DNA from: Candidatus Multivoraceae bacterium
GTDB taxonomy: Bacteria > Acidobacteriota > Thermoanaerobaculia > Multivoradales > Multivoraceae
Assembly (NCBI GenBank): GCA_965219625.1
Contig: OZ244782.1
Span: forward strand, 484,712 to 548,711
Reading direction: 5' to 3'
DNA length: 64,000 nt
Shown: positions 18,742 through 28,306 of the stretch, one piece after another
Numbering within the stretch: the first letter of the stretch is position 1
Layout: every line of letters begins with the position of its first letter
Program-made: the position numbers and the translations under genes
The notes under the pieces: model-generated
The model's input: only the letters and a program-made list of their open reading frames with translations
What the model was told of the DNA's origin: nothing
Databases searched by the model: none

Positions 18742-19934
18742 TGGACACGACGATCGGCGCCGAGTACGACGAACTGCGGGCAGAGGTCCGGGCTTTCCTG
18801 TCCGAGAACCGGGACGCGGCAATCCCCGCCGGGCCCGGTTTCGGGGGCCGCGGCTCCGAGGCCCGGCCGCTTGTCGTCGCGTGGCAGCAGCGGCTGGTCG
18901 ACGCCGGGTACGCCGCGCGCACGATCCCCAAGCGCTACGGCGGCGCTGGCCACGAACCGGATGCCTTGGCCAGCCTGGTCATCGAGGAGGAGTTCCAGCA
19001 AGCCGGGGTGTCGCTCGGGATGGAGAACCAGGGCATCAGCATGTTCGTGCCCACCCTGCTCCACTTCGGCCGGGAGGACCAGAAGCTCGAGCTCATCCGG
19101 CCGACCATTCGTGGCGACCTGATCTGGTGCCAGGGTTACAGCGAGCCCGGATCGGGCTCCGACCTCGCTTCGCTCCGCACCTCGGCCCGGCTCGACGGCG
19201 ACGAGTACGTGATGAACGGCCAGAAGATCTGGACATCCGGGGCTCGGGAAGCCGACATGATGTTCGCCCTCGTGCGCACCGAGGTGGAGGCCGGCAAACA
19301 CGGCGGCATCAGCTACATCGTCTTGTCGATGGACACCCCGGGCATCGACGTGCGGCCTCTGATGACGATGACGGGCGACGCCTCCTTCAACGAGGTCTTC
19401 TTCACCGACGTCCGGGTACCGGCGACGAACGTGATCGGCCGACCGGGGCAGGGCTGGGAGGTCGGCACGTACACGCTGCGCTTCGAGCGGAACATGCTCG
19501 GCCGCTCGAACGCCACGGAGAACTACCTCGCCGGCTGCGAGGAGATTCTGCGCGAGACCGGCTTGATCGAATCGGCGGTCTATCGTGACCGTCTGCTGCG
19601 GCTCGAAGGCCGGATGCTGGCGATGAAATACCACCAACTCCGGCTGCTGACCGACCGCCTGAAGCAGCGCGATTCAGGCGCCGGCGGCCTGATCGTCAAG
19701 CTGAACAACTGCCAGTTGAACTACGACATCTGCGCCCTGGCGATCGACGCGATGGCGGAGCGGGGGGTGCTCAAGCGGGGGTCGAAGCACGTCCGCGACT
19801 ACGGCAACTGGCAGGCGACCTACATGTACGCACTGGGCCTCATCATCGGCGGAGGCACGGCCCAGATTCAGAAGAACATCATCGGCGAGCGGGGTTTGGG
19901 ACTGCCTCGCGAACCGAAGCCGGCGGCCGCCTAG
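18742..19934 (+). CDS. acyl-CoA dehydrogenase
   Basis: ACAD fold (LIWCQGYSEPGSGSDLASLRTSA, GQKIWTSGA). The C-terminal YEGT position reads GGGT, so the canonical catalytic Glu is absent. Start at ATG 18742 (MDTTIGAEY). Confidence 0.85.
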
Positions 19935-19975
19935 CCAACGCGGCTCGCCGATCCGCTCGACGACGGGAGTCCTGC

Positions 19976-21028
19976 ATGGACTTTGGCCTGACGGAGCCGC
20001 AGGCGCTCCTCCGCGATTCGATCGCCCGCTTCCTCGACCAGGCGGTCGGCATCGACCGGGTTCGTTCCGTGATGGACTCGGAGTCCGGCCGCGACGAGAC
20101 GATTCATGGCGAACTCGGTGACCTGGGAATCGCCGGACTGCTCATTCATCTCGAGCAGGGCGGAACCGGCCTCGGCATGCAGGAAGCGGCGATCGCCGCC
20201 CAAGAGCTCGGCCGCGCCGCGGCGCCGGTGAACTTCCATTCCTCCTATATTCTGGCGCCGCTCTTACTCGCCGGCGCCCCAGAGAGCGAACGTCGCAACC
20301 AGTTGCTCGAGGGCATCGCCGCCGGCTCGACGCTGGTCGTCCCGATCCTCAATGCACCGATCGCCGAAGGCCGCGTCGACGGATCCGTGCTCTACGTTCC
20401 GGACGGCTGCTGGGCAGACGCCTTCCTGCTCGAGTCCGAGGGCAGTCTCCACCTCGTCGACCGCGGAGCCGGGGGCGTCGAGGCGGAACCCCTGATGACC
20501 GTCGACGACACCCGTCGCGTCGCCGAGGTCACCTTTGCGGCCGTCGGCCCGGAAGCCCTCGAAGAGCTGGGGGGCAGCGCCGAGGGAACCCGTAGAGCGG
20601 TCCACGCGGCCCGGGTCGCACTCGCCGCCGACGCCTTGGGCGCGGCGCAGCAGGGTCTCCAGATCGCCGTCGAGTACGCCCGCGAACGCAAGCAGTTCGA
20701 CCGCATCATCGGCTCCTTCCAGGCGGTCAAGCACATGTGCGCCGAGGCACTCGCCGAGATCGAGCCCGTCCAGTCGCTCCTGTGGCACACCGCCGACGCC
20801 TGGGACGAGGAGTCGGACGCCGTCGACTATCTCGCTCCGCTGCTCAAGGCTCACGCCACGGACATGGCAAGCCAGGCGGTCACGACCTCGACACAGGTCT
20901 TCGGCGGCATCGGCTTCACCCACGAGTGCGACATGCACATCTTCTACAAGCGGGTCGGGTACGACCGCCAGATGCTCGGCAACCCGACGGCGCTGCGTGA
21001 GCAGGCGGCGGCAGCGAGGTTCGCCTGA
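19976..21028 (+). CDS. acyl-CoA dehydrogenase family protein (second subunit/paralog)
   Basis: 350 aa. ACAD middle/C-terminal domain similarity (QVFGGIGFTHECDMHIFYKR). Lies 42 nt downstream of the first ACAD. Confidence 0.75.
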   Translation: MDFGLTEPQALLRDSIARFLDQAVGIDRVRSVMDSESGRDETIHGELGDLGIAGLLIHLEQGGTGLGMQEAAIAAQELGRAAAPVNFHSSYILAPLLLAGAPESERRNQLLEGIAAGSTLVVPILNAPIAEGRVDGSVLYVPDGCWADAFLLESEGSLHLVDRGAGGVEAEPLMTVDDTRRVAEVTFAAVGPEALEELGGSAEGTRRAVHAARVALAADALGAAQQGLQIAVEYARERKQFDRIIGSFQAVKHMCAEALAEIEPVQSLLWHTADAWDEESDAVDYLAPLLKAHATDMASQAVTTSTQVFGGIGFTHECDMHIFYKRVGYDRQMLGNPTALREQAAAARFA

Positions 21029-21336
21029 GGCGCATTCGAGCGGCGGCATCGAATGACGCCCCCTGAAGCGACCTCTGCCGCGTTCGCCGACGAACTCCCG
21101 GAACGTAAGGACGCTTCCACTCCTGAACGCTCTCGACAGACGGACAAGCTGCACCATGCGCTGGCCTACGAGGCGCGAAGGCGGAACAACCCGTCCGCCT
21201 CGGAGCGCGAGTTCGTCGAGCGGGCGAGCCGCCCTGGAACGACTGCGCGTCCGCCTTTGGCCCCGACGCATGAGTCGGACCCGAGGGCGTCTCCATCACC
21301 ACCGCCGACCGAGCCCGCGAGCGGGGCCGGCTGCCT

Positions 21337-22677
21337 CTACTCCACGATCGCCTGGTAGGTCAGTACCTCCATCAGGGGACGGAGCGGGTAGGTGCCGGTG
21401 GGCATCAACTGGGTCAGCACGATGGCGACGAGGTCTTCCTCGGAATCGACCAGGAAGTCGGTCGAGGCGGCGCCGCCCCAGCCGTAGGTGCCGGGCGAGG
21501 CCGGCAGTCCGGTGAGCCCGGTGTCGGTGATCGAGTATCCGCCCAGGCCGTAACCCATCCCCTCGCCCATCCCCATGTCGAGGTTCAGGCTCGACATCGG
21601 CGACGGACCGTAGGCCGAACCGAGATGGTTGTCCGTCATCAGGGCTACCGTCTCCGGCCCGAGGATCCGTACGCCGTCGAGTTCGCCGCCGTTCGCCAGC
21701 ATCTGGGCGAAGCGCAGGTAGTCGCCCGCGGTGGCGACCAGGCCGGAGCCGCCCATCTCGACCTTGGGCGGCTCGCGGTAGGCGCTGGTCTCCGGGTCGT
21801 CGAAGACGACGATGCCGCCCTCGGGGGTCGGCGCATAGTTCACGGCGAACCGATCGAGCTTCTCGTCCGGGACGTGGAAGTCCGTGTCGGCCATACCCAA
21901 CGGGTCGAAGATGCGCTCCTTCAGGAAGTCGCGAAAGCTCTGGCCGGAGACGACCTCGACCACCCGCCCGGCGACCTCGAGACCGACGCTGTAGTTCCAC
22001 GCGGCGCCGGGGTGAGCGATCAGGGGCTGTTTCGCCAGCTCCCGGACATAGTGCGCGAGGTCGTCGTGGGGCACGGCATCCGCCGAACCCTCGAGTCCCG
22101 CTGCCGCGTAGCTGGCAGCCACCGGGCCGGGGATGAAGGTGTAGGTGAGCCCGGAGGTGTGGGTCATCAGGTCTCGGATGACGATCGGCCGACGCGGCGG
22201 TTCCGTCTCCATTTCGTCGCCATCGCCCGAGACGTAGACCTGCGTGTCGGCGAACTCGGGCAGAACCTGGGATAGCCGCGTGGACAGCAGGAAGCGGCCC
22301 TCCTCCCAGAGGATCATCAGCGCCGCCGACGCGACCGGCTTGGTCATCGAGTACATGCGGAAGATCGTGTCCTCGGCCATCGGTTCGCCGGCCTCGACGT
22401 CCTGGTAGCCGCTGGCTTCGAAGTGGACGACCTTCCCGTCGCGGGCTACGGCGGTGATCACGCCGGACAGCTTGCCGTCCGTCACATACGTCTCGAACGC
22501 CGGCCGGATGCGGTCGAGCCGTTCGCTCGACATGCCGACGCTCTCCGGCGTGGCCCGCGGCAGGCCGGCGAACGTCCCGGCGCTCGTACCGCCGGAGTCC
22601 TGGGGTACGCACGCGGCAAGCAGGCCGACGGCGAGGACGCCGGCCCAGGCGACGGTGAAGGTCAGTCGTTCGTGCAT
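21337..22677 (-). CDS. serine hydrolase of the beta-lactamase/PBP-like family (probable lipoprotein)
   Basis: SxxK active-site motif (YSMTKPV), YxN-like and KTG-like regions. Lipobox-like LAAC after the signal peptide. Confidence 0.8.
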   Translation of the reverse strand: MHERLTFTVAWAGVLAVGLLAACVPQDSGGTSAGTFAGLPRATPESVGMSSERLDRIRPAFETYVTDGKLSGVITAVARDGKVVHFEASGYQDVEAGEPMAEDTIFRMYSMTKPVASAALMILWEEGRFLLSTRLSQVLPEFADTQVYVSGDGDEMETEPPRRPIVIRDLMTHTSGLTYTFIPGPVAASYAAAGLEGSADAVPHDDLAHYVRELAKQPLIAHPGAAWNYSVGLEVAGRVVEVVSGQSFRDFLKERIFDPLGMADTDFHVPDEKLDRFAVNYAPTPEGGIVVFDDPETSAYREPPKVEMGGSGLVATAGDYLRFAQMLANGGELDGVRILGPETVALMTDNHLGSAYGPSPMSSLNLDMGMGEGMGYGLGGYSITDTGLTGLPASPGTYGWGGAASTDFLVDSEEDLVAIVLTQLMPTGTYPLRPLMEVLTYQAIVE

Positions 22678-22722
22678 CTCGAGTTCCCCTCTGAGTGGTC
22701 GTGGAGTGCTGCGCGGAGTCCG

Positions 22723-24078
22723 CTACGGGGCGCCCAGCAGCCAGGACTCGTCGAAGCTCACGTGCTTGATGCTCTTGCCCTGGGCGCCGTCCTCGAGAGC
22801 GCCGGAAACGTGGTAGCTGTACGTCACGTGGATGCGGCCGTTCGCAGCCTGGATCACCGACGGGTAGTGGTAGCGCCCGACATCTCTCTGTTCGCGCTCG
22901 AGATAGCGCCGGCGCTTGAAGGTCCGGCCCTCATCCTCCGAAACGGAGACGGCGAGCCGATAGCGACCGTCGGGAACGTCGTTGTGAACGACGATCCAAC
23001 GGCCGCTCGATAGCCGCAGCACTTCCAGGCCGGCGCCTGTTTCGACCAGGTCGGGATGGTCGCGAGCAATCGTCCAGGTCGCTCCCAGGTCCCGGGATTC
23101 GGCAACGTGCGCGTGCTTCGGCGCCGGGCCGTTGTCCCGCATGAACGCAACCAGGATGCCGTCGTCGCGCAGTGCGAAGGTCGGCTGGACGCTGCCGCCG
23201 CCGACGATCGGCTCGCTCATCGTCCAACTGTGACCTCCGTCGTCCGTGTAGGTCGCCGAGGCAAAACTGAAGCCGTCCGAATAGAGGCCCAGGAGCAACC
23301 GCTGGCCGCCCGACGGCAGCGGCAGAACGATCGGGTGCGCGCGAGTGAACCAGCCAAGCCGCCTGGTCAGCTTGTCCGCCGCCTGTTCCAGGTTCCGCGC
23401 CGCCCAGTCGCGCGAGCGCTCGGGCAGAGCCGGATCCCTCGCGTTGGCGAAGCCCAGACTCCGGAAGTACTCGTCCGTCCGCTCCGCGACGAGAGCGTGG
23501 AAGCCCTCCCCCGGCTTCATGTGGAGTACGTCCTGCCACTGCCATACAGGCGGTCCGGGACCGTCGAAGTCCGTCGAGATCTTGAACTTCATCAGGGCGC
23601 TCTCCCACAGATTCGCCTGGATCGTGGGCCAGAAGAGCCAGAGCCGATGGCCGCCCGCGGCACGCGGTTCGAGCAGAAGCGTGCAGTTCGTGTCCGGGAA
23701 ACCCGGGGTGTCCGCAAGCAGAAAGGGCCGGCTCCAAGTTGCCGCCCCGGCTCGGCGGCGGGCGCCCAGGATCCGGACGTCGTCCGAACGCCGCTCGCCG
23801 GAGCCGTGGAACCAGGCGACAAGAAGATCCCCGTTCGGCAGTTCGACGAGCGACGAGCCGTGATTGTGCCAGCTCTCGAGCGGGAAGATGAGCTCGCCGA
23901 CCGGCGCTCCAGTCTCGGCGGGAGCCTCCGGTCCCGGCTGTGTCGCGGCCGGCGAGGAAGCGCCGATGGCCAGAGCTGCGATCGCCAGCAGACGCCACGC
24001 GCGCCCGTGGACTCCTCGGGAGCTCACCGCCTCCTCCCTACTCCGCTGCCAAGGAAACACGGATGATCTCTTTGTCAT
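22723..24078 (-). CDS. BNR/Asp-box repeat protein (sialidase-like beta-propeller), secreted
   Basis: Several Asp-box motifs (SRDLGATW, TDDGGHSW, SEDEGRTF). Signal peptide around RLLAIAALAIGASSPAATQ. Start uncertain (ATG 24078, or an internal GTG). Confidence 0.65.
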   Translation of the reverse strand: MTKRSSVFPWQRSREEAVSSRGVHGRAWRLLAIAALAIGASSPAATQPGPEAPAETGAPVGELIFPLESWHNHGSSLVELPNGDLLVAWFHGSGERRSDDVRILGARRRAGAATWSRPFLLADTPGFPDTNCTLLLEPRAAGGHRLWLFWPTIQANLWESALMKFKISTDFDGPGPPVWQWQDVLHMKPGEGFHALVAERTDEYFRSLGFANARDPALPERSRDWAARNLEQAADKLTRRLGWFTRAHPIVLPLPSGGQRLLLGLYSDGFSFASATYTDDGGHSWTMSEPIVGGGSVQPTFALRDDGILVAFMRDNGPAPKHAHVAESRDLGATWTIARDHPDLVETGAGLEVLRLSSGRWIVVHNDVPDGRYRLAVSVSEDEGRTFKRRRYLEREQRDVGRYHYPSVIQAANGRIHVTYSYHVSGALEDGAQGKSIKHVSFDESWLLGAP

Positions 24079-25390
24079 TGCGGGCGACGACGTGCCGGTT
24101 CGCGTAGGCCGGATGCGACCAGTTGACCATCGCCTCCCCGAATCGCCGGGGACCGAAGCCGGCATTCGCGGTCGGTTCGAGCAGCTTCGCTCGATCGACC
24201 TCCTCGTAGCCGTCTCTCGAGAAGCGGGCGATGATCAGGTCTCCCTCGTCGTTGTTCACGAACCAACGGTCGCGGTGCTTGACCATGAAGGCCGCTCCCC
24301 AGCGTCCCTGGCGGGTCATCCTGTCCGAGACCCACAGGCGCGCGCCGTCGGCGGCATTCAGCCCCCGCAACTCGCCGTAGCTGCAGACGCCGTAGATCGT
24401 GTCGCCCTCGAAGATGGGGGTCGTGATCAGCGAGTGGAGGCCCTCCGTTCGGTCCGGCAGCTCGCTCCGACCCTGGCCGCGCCAGATCTCGCGAACCTCG
24501 GGCCCTTTCTCGTTGAACTCGAGCATCAGAGACCCGCGGTAGAACTGCGAAAGCAACATCCGGTTCCCGTGAACGACCGGCGTCGCGACGGTCAGCGAGG
24601 ACGCGCCCTCCCAGGGCACCGCCCAGTACACCTCGCCGGTATGAGGGTTCAAGGAGTTGACTCCCTGCGGCTCCCAGATGATGAGTTGCTCCACGCCACC
24701 GCGTTCGACGAGGATCGGCTGACCGTAACCGGCTTCCCAGTTGGACGACAGCGCCCTCCACGTCTCTTCGCCGGTATGCTTGTCGAAGGCGATCACCTTG
24801 CCATCCGGTTCGGCGCCGACGACCGCGATCAACAGATCGCCGACGACGAGCGGAGAGCTGGCGAAACCCCAGATCGCAACGCTTGCATCGCCCTCCTGCT
24901 GCGCGTCGTAGGACCAGATCACGTCGCCAGTGGCCGCTTCGAGGGCGAGCACGTGGCCGACCGCGCCGGCCACGTACACCCGGTCGCCGTCGACCGTGGG
25001 CGTCGCCCGCGGACCGATCGCATAGCTTGCCTGGAGCGGCGCGTAACCGACTTCCCACTCGTGGGTCCAGAGAACCTCGCCGGACTCCTCGGAGAGCGCG
25101 ACGGCTCGCTCGAAGCCCTCCTTGATCCGCGAACCCTCCCGAGGCCGCCAGTCGGTTACGAAGACGCGACCGTCCGCCACCGACGGACCCGAGTAGCCGC
25201 CGTTGATCGGCGTCCGCCAGACGACGTCGAGTCCATCCTCTGGAAACCGCTCGAGAATGCCGTCTTCAAGCCAGACGCCATCACGTTCCGCGCCCCGCCA
25301 CTGCGGCCAGTCGTCACCAAACGCGGGCAACGCAACGAGGGGCGCCGCCAGGAGCGTGAGGACGACGATACGAACTGCTCTCGCTTGCAC
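24038..25390 (-). CDS. PQQ-like beta-propeller repeat protein (BamB-like fold), secreted
   Basis: Signal peptide (MQARAVRIVVLTLLAAPLVALPAFG). Repeated WPQWRG/WRTP/VYVAG-type PQQ-propeller blades. Confidence 0.7.
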   Translation of the reverse strand: MQARAVRIVVLTLLAAPLVALPAFGDDWPQWRGAERDGVWLEDGILERFPEDGLDVVWRTPINGGYSGPSVADGRVFVTDWRPREGSRIKEGFERAVALSEESGEVLWTHEWEVGYAPLQASYAIGPRATPTVDGDRVYVAGAVGHVLALEAATGDVIWSYDAQQEGDASVAIWGFASSPLVVGDLLIAVVGAEPDGKVIAFDKHTGEETWRALSSNWEAGYGQPILVERGGVEQLIIWEPQGVNSLNPHTGEVYWAVPWEGASSLTVATPVVHGNRMLLSQFYRGSLMLEFNEKGPEVREIWRGQGRSELPDRTEGLHSLITTPIFEGDTIYGVCSYGELRGLNAADGARLWVSDRMTRQGRWGAAFMVKHRDRWFVNNDEGDLIIARFSRDGYEEVDRAKLLEPTANAGFGPRRFGEAMVNWSHPAYANRHVVARNDKEIIRVSLAAE

Positions 25391-25400
25391 GAAAGGCTCT

Positions 25401-26822
25401 CTAGATGTCGTAGTAGAGCGCGAACTCGTGCGGATGCGGGCGCAGAGCGACTTCCTGGCATTCGCTTTCCCGCTTGTACGCGATGTGGTTCTCGATCACA
25501 TCCTCGTCGAACACGCCGCCCGCGGTCAGAAAGTCGTGATCCGCCTCCAGCGCGTCCAGCGCCTCGTCGAGCGTTGCCGGCGTCGTCGGCACGCCCTGGC
25601 TCGCTTCGGGCGAGAGGTCGTAGATGTCCACGTCGAGCGAGCTGCCCGGATCCGTCTCGTTCTGGATGCCGTCCACGGCCGCCATGAGGAGCGCGGCGAA
25701 GGCCAGGTAGGGATTGCAGCTCGGATCGGGGCAGCGGAACTCGATCCGCTTCGCCTTCGGCGAAGGCGAATACATCGGGATCCGCACCGCCGCGCTCCGG
25801 TTGCGCTGCGAGTAGACCAGGTTCACCGGCGCCTCGAAGCCCGGCACGAGTCGCTTGTAGCTGTTCGTCGTCGGGTTCGTGAAGGCGAGAATCGCCGGCG
25901 CATGCTTGAGCACGCCGCCGATCGCATGCATCGCCATGTCGGAAAGGCCTGCGTAGCCGTCACCGGCGAAGAGCGGCTGGCCGTCCTTCCAGAGCGAAAT
26001 GTGGGTGTGCATGCCGGACCCGTTGTCCTCGAACAGCGGTTTCGGCATGAAGGTCACCGTCTTGCCGTGCTTGTTCGCCGTGTTCTTGATGATGTACTTG
26101 TAGAGCATCATCGCGTCCGCAGTCGCCACCAGGGAACCGAACCGCAGATCGATCTCGGCCTGACCTCCGGTGCCCACCTCGTGATGCTGACATTCCACGT
26201 GGAGGCCTGCGTCCTCGAGGTTGAGCAGCATTTCGCTGCGGAGGTCCTGGTGCTTGTCCGTCGGCGGCACCGGGAAGTAGCCCTCCTTGTACCGTGGCTT
26301 GTAGCCCAGGTTCGGCTCCTCGTTCGCCCCGCTGTTCCAGCGCCCCTCGATCGAGTCGACCTCGAAGAAGCCGAAGTTCGGACCGCCGTCGAAGCGCACA
26401 TCGTCGAAGATGAAGAACTCGGCCTCCGGGCCGAAGTACGCCGTATCGGCTATACCCGTTGCCTGCACGTAGGCCTCGGCCGCCCTCGCGACGCCGCGCG
26501 GATCGCGGCCATAGCTCTCGCGGGTGATCGGGTCGACGATGTTGCAGGTCATGACGAGCGTCTTGTGCTCGAAGAACGGATCAATGAACACGGTGTCCGG
26601 GTCCGGCACGACCAACATGTCCGACTCGTTGATCACCTGCCAGCCGCGGATGCTCGAGCCGTCGAAGCCGAGCCCGTCCTCGAACGTGCTCTCGTCGACC
26701 TCTCGCGCCGGTACGGAAAAGTGCTGCCAGAGGCCGGGGAAGTCCGTGAATCGGAAATCGACGATCTGGATCCCCTCATCGCGAATCCGACTGATGATCG
26801 ACTGGGGGCTAGCCTCTGCCAT
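25401..26822 (-). CDS. glnA: glutamine synthetase, type I
   Basis: 473 aa with the GS beta-grasp and catalytic domains ([44 protein letters not shown]). AAGGAGG RBS 5 nt before the ATG. Confidence 0.92.
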   Translation of the reverse strand: MAEASPQSIISRIRDEGIQIVDFRFTDFPGLWQHFSVPAREVDESTFEDGLGFDGSSIRGWQVINESDMLVVPDPDTVFIDPFFEHKTLVMTCNIVDPITRESYGRDPRGVARAAEAYVQATGIADTAYFGPEAEFFIFDDVRFDGGPNFGFFEVDSIEGRWNSGANEEPNLGYKPRYKEGYFPVPPTDKHQDLRSEMLLNLEDAGLHVECQHHEVGTGGQAEIDLRFGSLVATADAMMLYKYIIKNTANKHGKTVTFMPKPLFEDNGSGMHTHISLWKDGQPLFAGDGYAGLSDMAMHAIGGVLKHAPAILAFTNPTTNSYKRLVPGFEAPVNLVYSQRNRSAAVRIPMYSPSPKAKRIEFRCPDPSCNPYLAFAALLMAAVDGIQNETDPGSSLDVDIYDLSPEASQGVPTTPATLDEALDALEADHDFLTAGGVFDEDVIENHIAYKRESECQEVALRPHPHEFALYYDI

Positions 26823-26977
26823 GACGTCCTCCTTCGTGTGTTCCTTGCCGCGGTTCGCAGCGCAACCCTGCCACGAGCGCCGACTCGAAGCGCCGAAGGC
26901 CGGGGCGCGTTACCCGCGGTGGGGCTTGTCTATCAGCAGGACCCCGAAGTCGCAAGCGACGGACGACGCGGCGCCGG

Positions 26978-28288
26978 TCACGAGCCCGGTTCGAGGCGAC
27001 TCAGCACCGCGCTGTCCTCACGCCAGCCGGACTGGACCCGCACGTCCAGCTCCAGGTAAACGGCGGTGCCGAGGAAATCCTCCAGGTCATGACGAGCGGC
27101 GGTGCCGATCCGCTTGATCCTGGCGCCGCCTCGACCGATGACGATGCCCTTGTGGCTCCTCTTGTCGACCAGAATCGACGCTCTGAGGTCGGTCCGTTCG
27201 TCGGCGTCCTCCCAGGCGTCAATCAGCACGGCGGTGGTGTACGGCAGTTCAGCCCGTGTCTGGTCGAGCACCTTCTCGCGAATGAGCTCGGCAACCAGGA
27301 AGCGCTCGGTGTGGACGGTCAAGAGCCGCGGATCGTGAACCGGCTCGCCAGCCGGCAGCAGGCGCCAGAGGATGTCGAGCAAGAGATCAACGCCGTCGCC
27401 GGCCAACGCCGAGATCGGCACGATCTCCACGAACAGGCCGCGGGCGGCGTAGCGCTCGATCTCCGGCAGCAGCCTGCGTTTCGCCACGCGGTCGATCTTG
27501 TTCAGCAGGCAGAGCATCGGCCGCTTGCGCTTGGCGGCCGCCGCAGCCAGAAGATCAAGGGCGAATGCCTCGCCTCGCCCGAACGGAGTCGACGCGTCCC
27601 TCAGCAGGCAGGCGACGTCGGCCTCGTCGAGGGCAGCGGAGGCAGCATGCACCATCCGCCGGTTCAGCCGATGCAGGGGACGGTGGAGCCCTGGCGTATC
27701 GTGAAGCGCCATCTGGCCACGGGACGTCGTCAGAACGCCGATCAGCCGGTGACGGGTGGTCTGCGGCTTGTCCGAGACGATCGCCAGCTTCTCGCCGAGG
27801 ATCCGGTTGAGCAAGGTCGACTTGCCCGCGTTCGGCCGTCCGAGCAGCGCGACCGTGCCGGACTTGTACGGCCCCAGGAACTGCGCCCGCAGGCGCCGTT
27901 CGAGGCCCTCCATCTCTCCGTCGTCCGTCTCGTGGTCGTAGCCCAGGCAGTGGAGGATGCCGTGAAGCAAGAGGACCTTGAGTTCCCGCTCGAGCGCCCC
28001 CCCGCTCTGTGACTTCGCCGTCTCCACGGAGATGACGACATCTCCCAGATGCCGCCCCTCGGGCGTCGTCTCCCCCGGAAACGAAAGGACGTCGGTGGGC
28101 TCCGCCCGACCGCGAAACCGGCGGTTCAGATCCTCGATCTCCGCATCGTTCACCAGACGAACCGACAACGTGACGTCGTCCGAAGCGAGTTCGGAGACGA
28201 CCGCGGCAGCGAGCCGCTCGAGCTCGGTCGTCAAGTCGCGGCACGCTGCCTCGGCCGCCGCCCCGACCTCGAGTTCGATCGTCGCCAA
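26978..28288 (-). CDS. ybeY-era: YbeY endoribonuclease fused in frame to GTPase Era (single 436-aa ORF)
   Basis: Residues 1-~135 are YbeY (HGILHCLGYDHETDDGE, the H3xH5xH zinc motif). Residues ~137-436 are Era (GRPNAGKSTLLN G1, DTPG G3, NKID G4, C-terminal KH domain). No stop or start codon lies between them. Confidence 0.85.
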   Translation of the reverse strand: MATIELEVGAAAEAACRDLTTELERLAAAVVSELASDDVTLSVRLVNDAEIEDLNRRFRGRAEPTDVLSFPGETTPEGRHLGDVVISVETAKSQSGGALERELKVLLLHGILHCLGYDHETDDGEMEGLERRLRAQFLGPYKSGTVALLGRPNAGKSTLLNRILGEKLAIVSDKPQTTRHRLIGVLTTSRGQMALHDTPGLHRPLHRLNRRMVHAASAALDEADVACLLRDASTPFGRGEAFALDLLAAAAAKRKRPMLCLLNKIDRVAKRRLLPEIERYAARGLFVEIVPISALAGDGVDLLLDILWRLLPAGEPVHDPRLLTVHTERFLVAELIREKVLDQTRAELPYTTAVLIDAWEDADERTDLRASILVDKRSHKGIVIGRGGARIKRIGTAARHDLEDFLGTAVYLELDVRVQSGWREDSAVLSRLEPGS

Positions 28289-28306
28289 GGTCGGACCTGG
28301 CGACCG

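Noticed and set aside
21053-21358. 101-aa ORF in the 300-bp gap between the convergent ACAD and beta-lactamase-family genes
   Set aside because: Its third-position GC (~65%) is far below that of bona fide genes here (>80%). The product is proline-rich and low-complexity. It overlaps the 3' end of the serine-hydrolase gene. It is probably non-coding, though a small protein cannot be excluded.
26823-26977. Possible NtrC or sigma-54 promoter elements upstream of glnA
   Set aside because: Only a loose TGGCAG…TTGC with wrong spacing was found, and no convincing TGGCAC-N5-TTGCA or NtrC palindromes. A strong AAGGAGG RBS is present, but the promoter type cannot be called from sequence alone.
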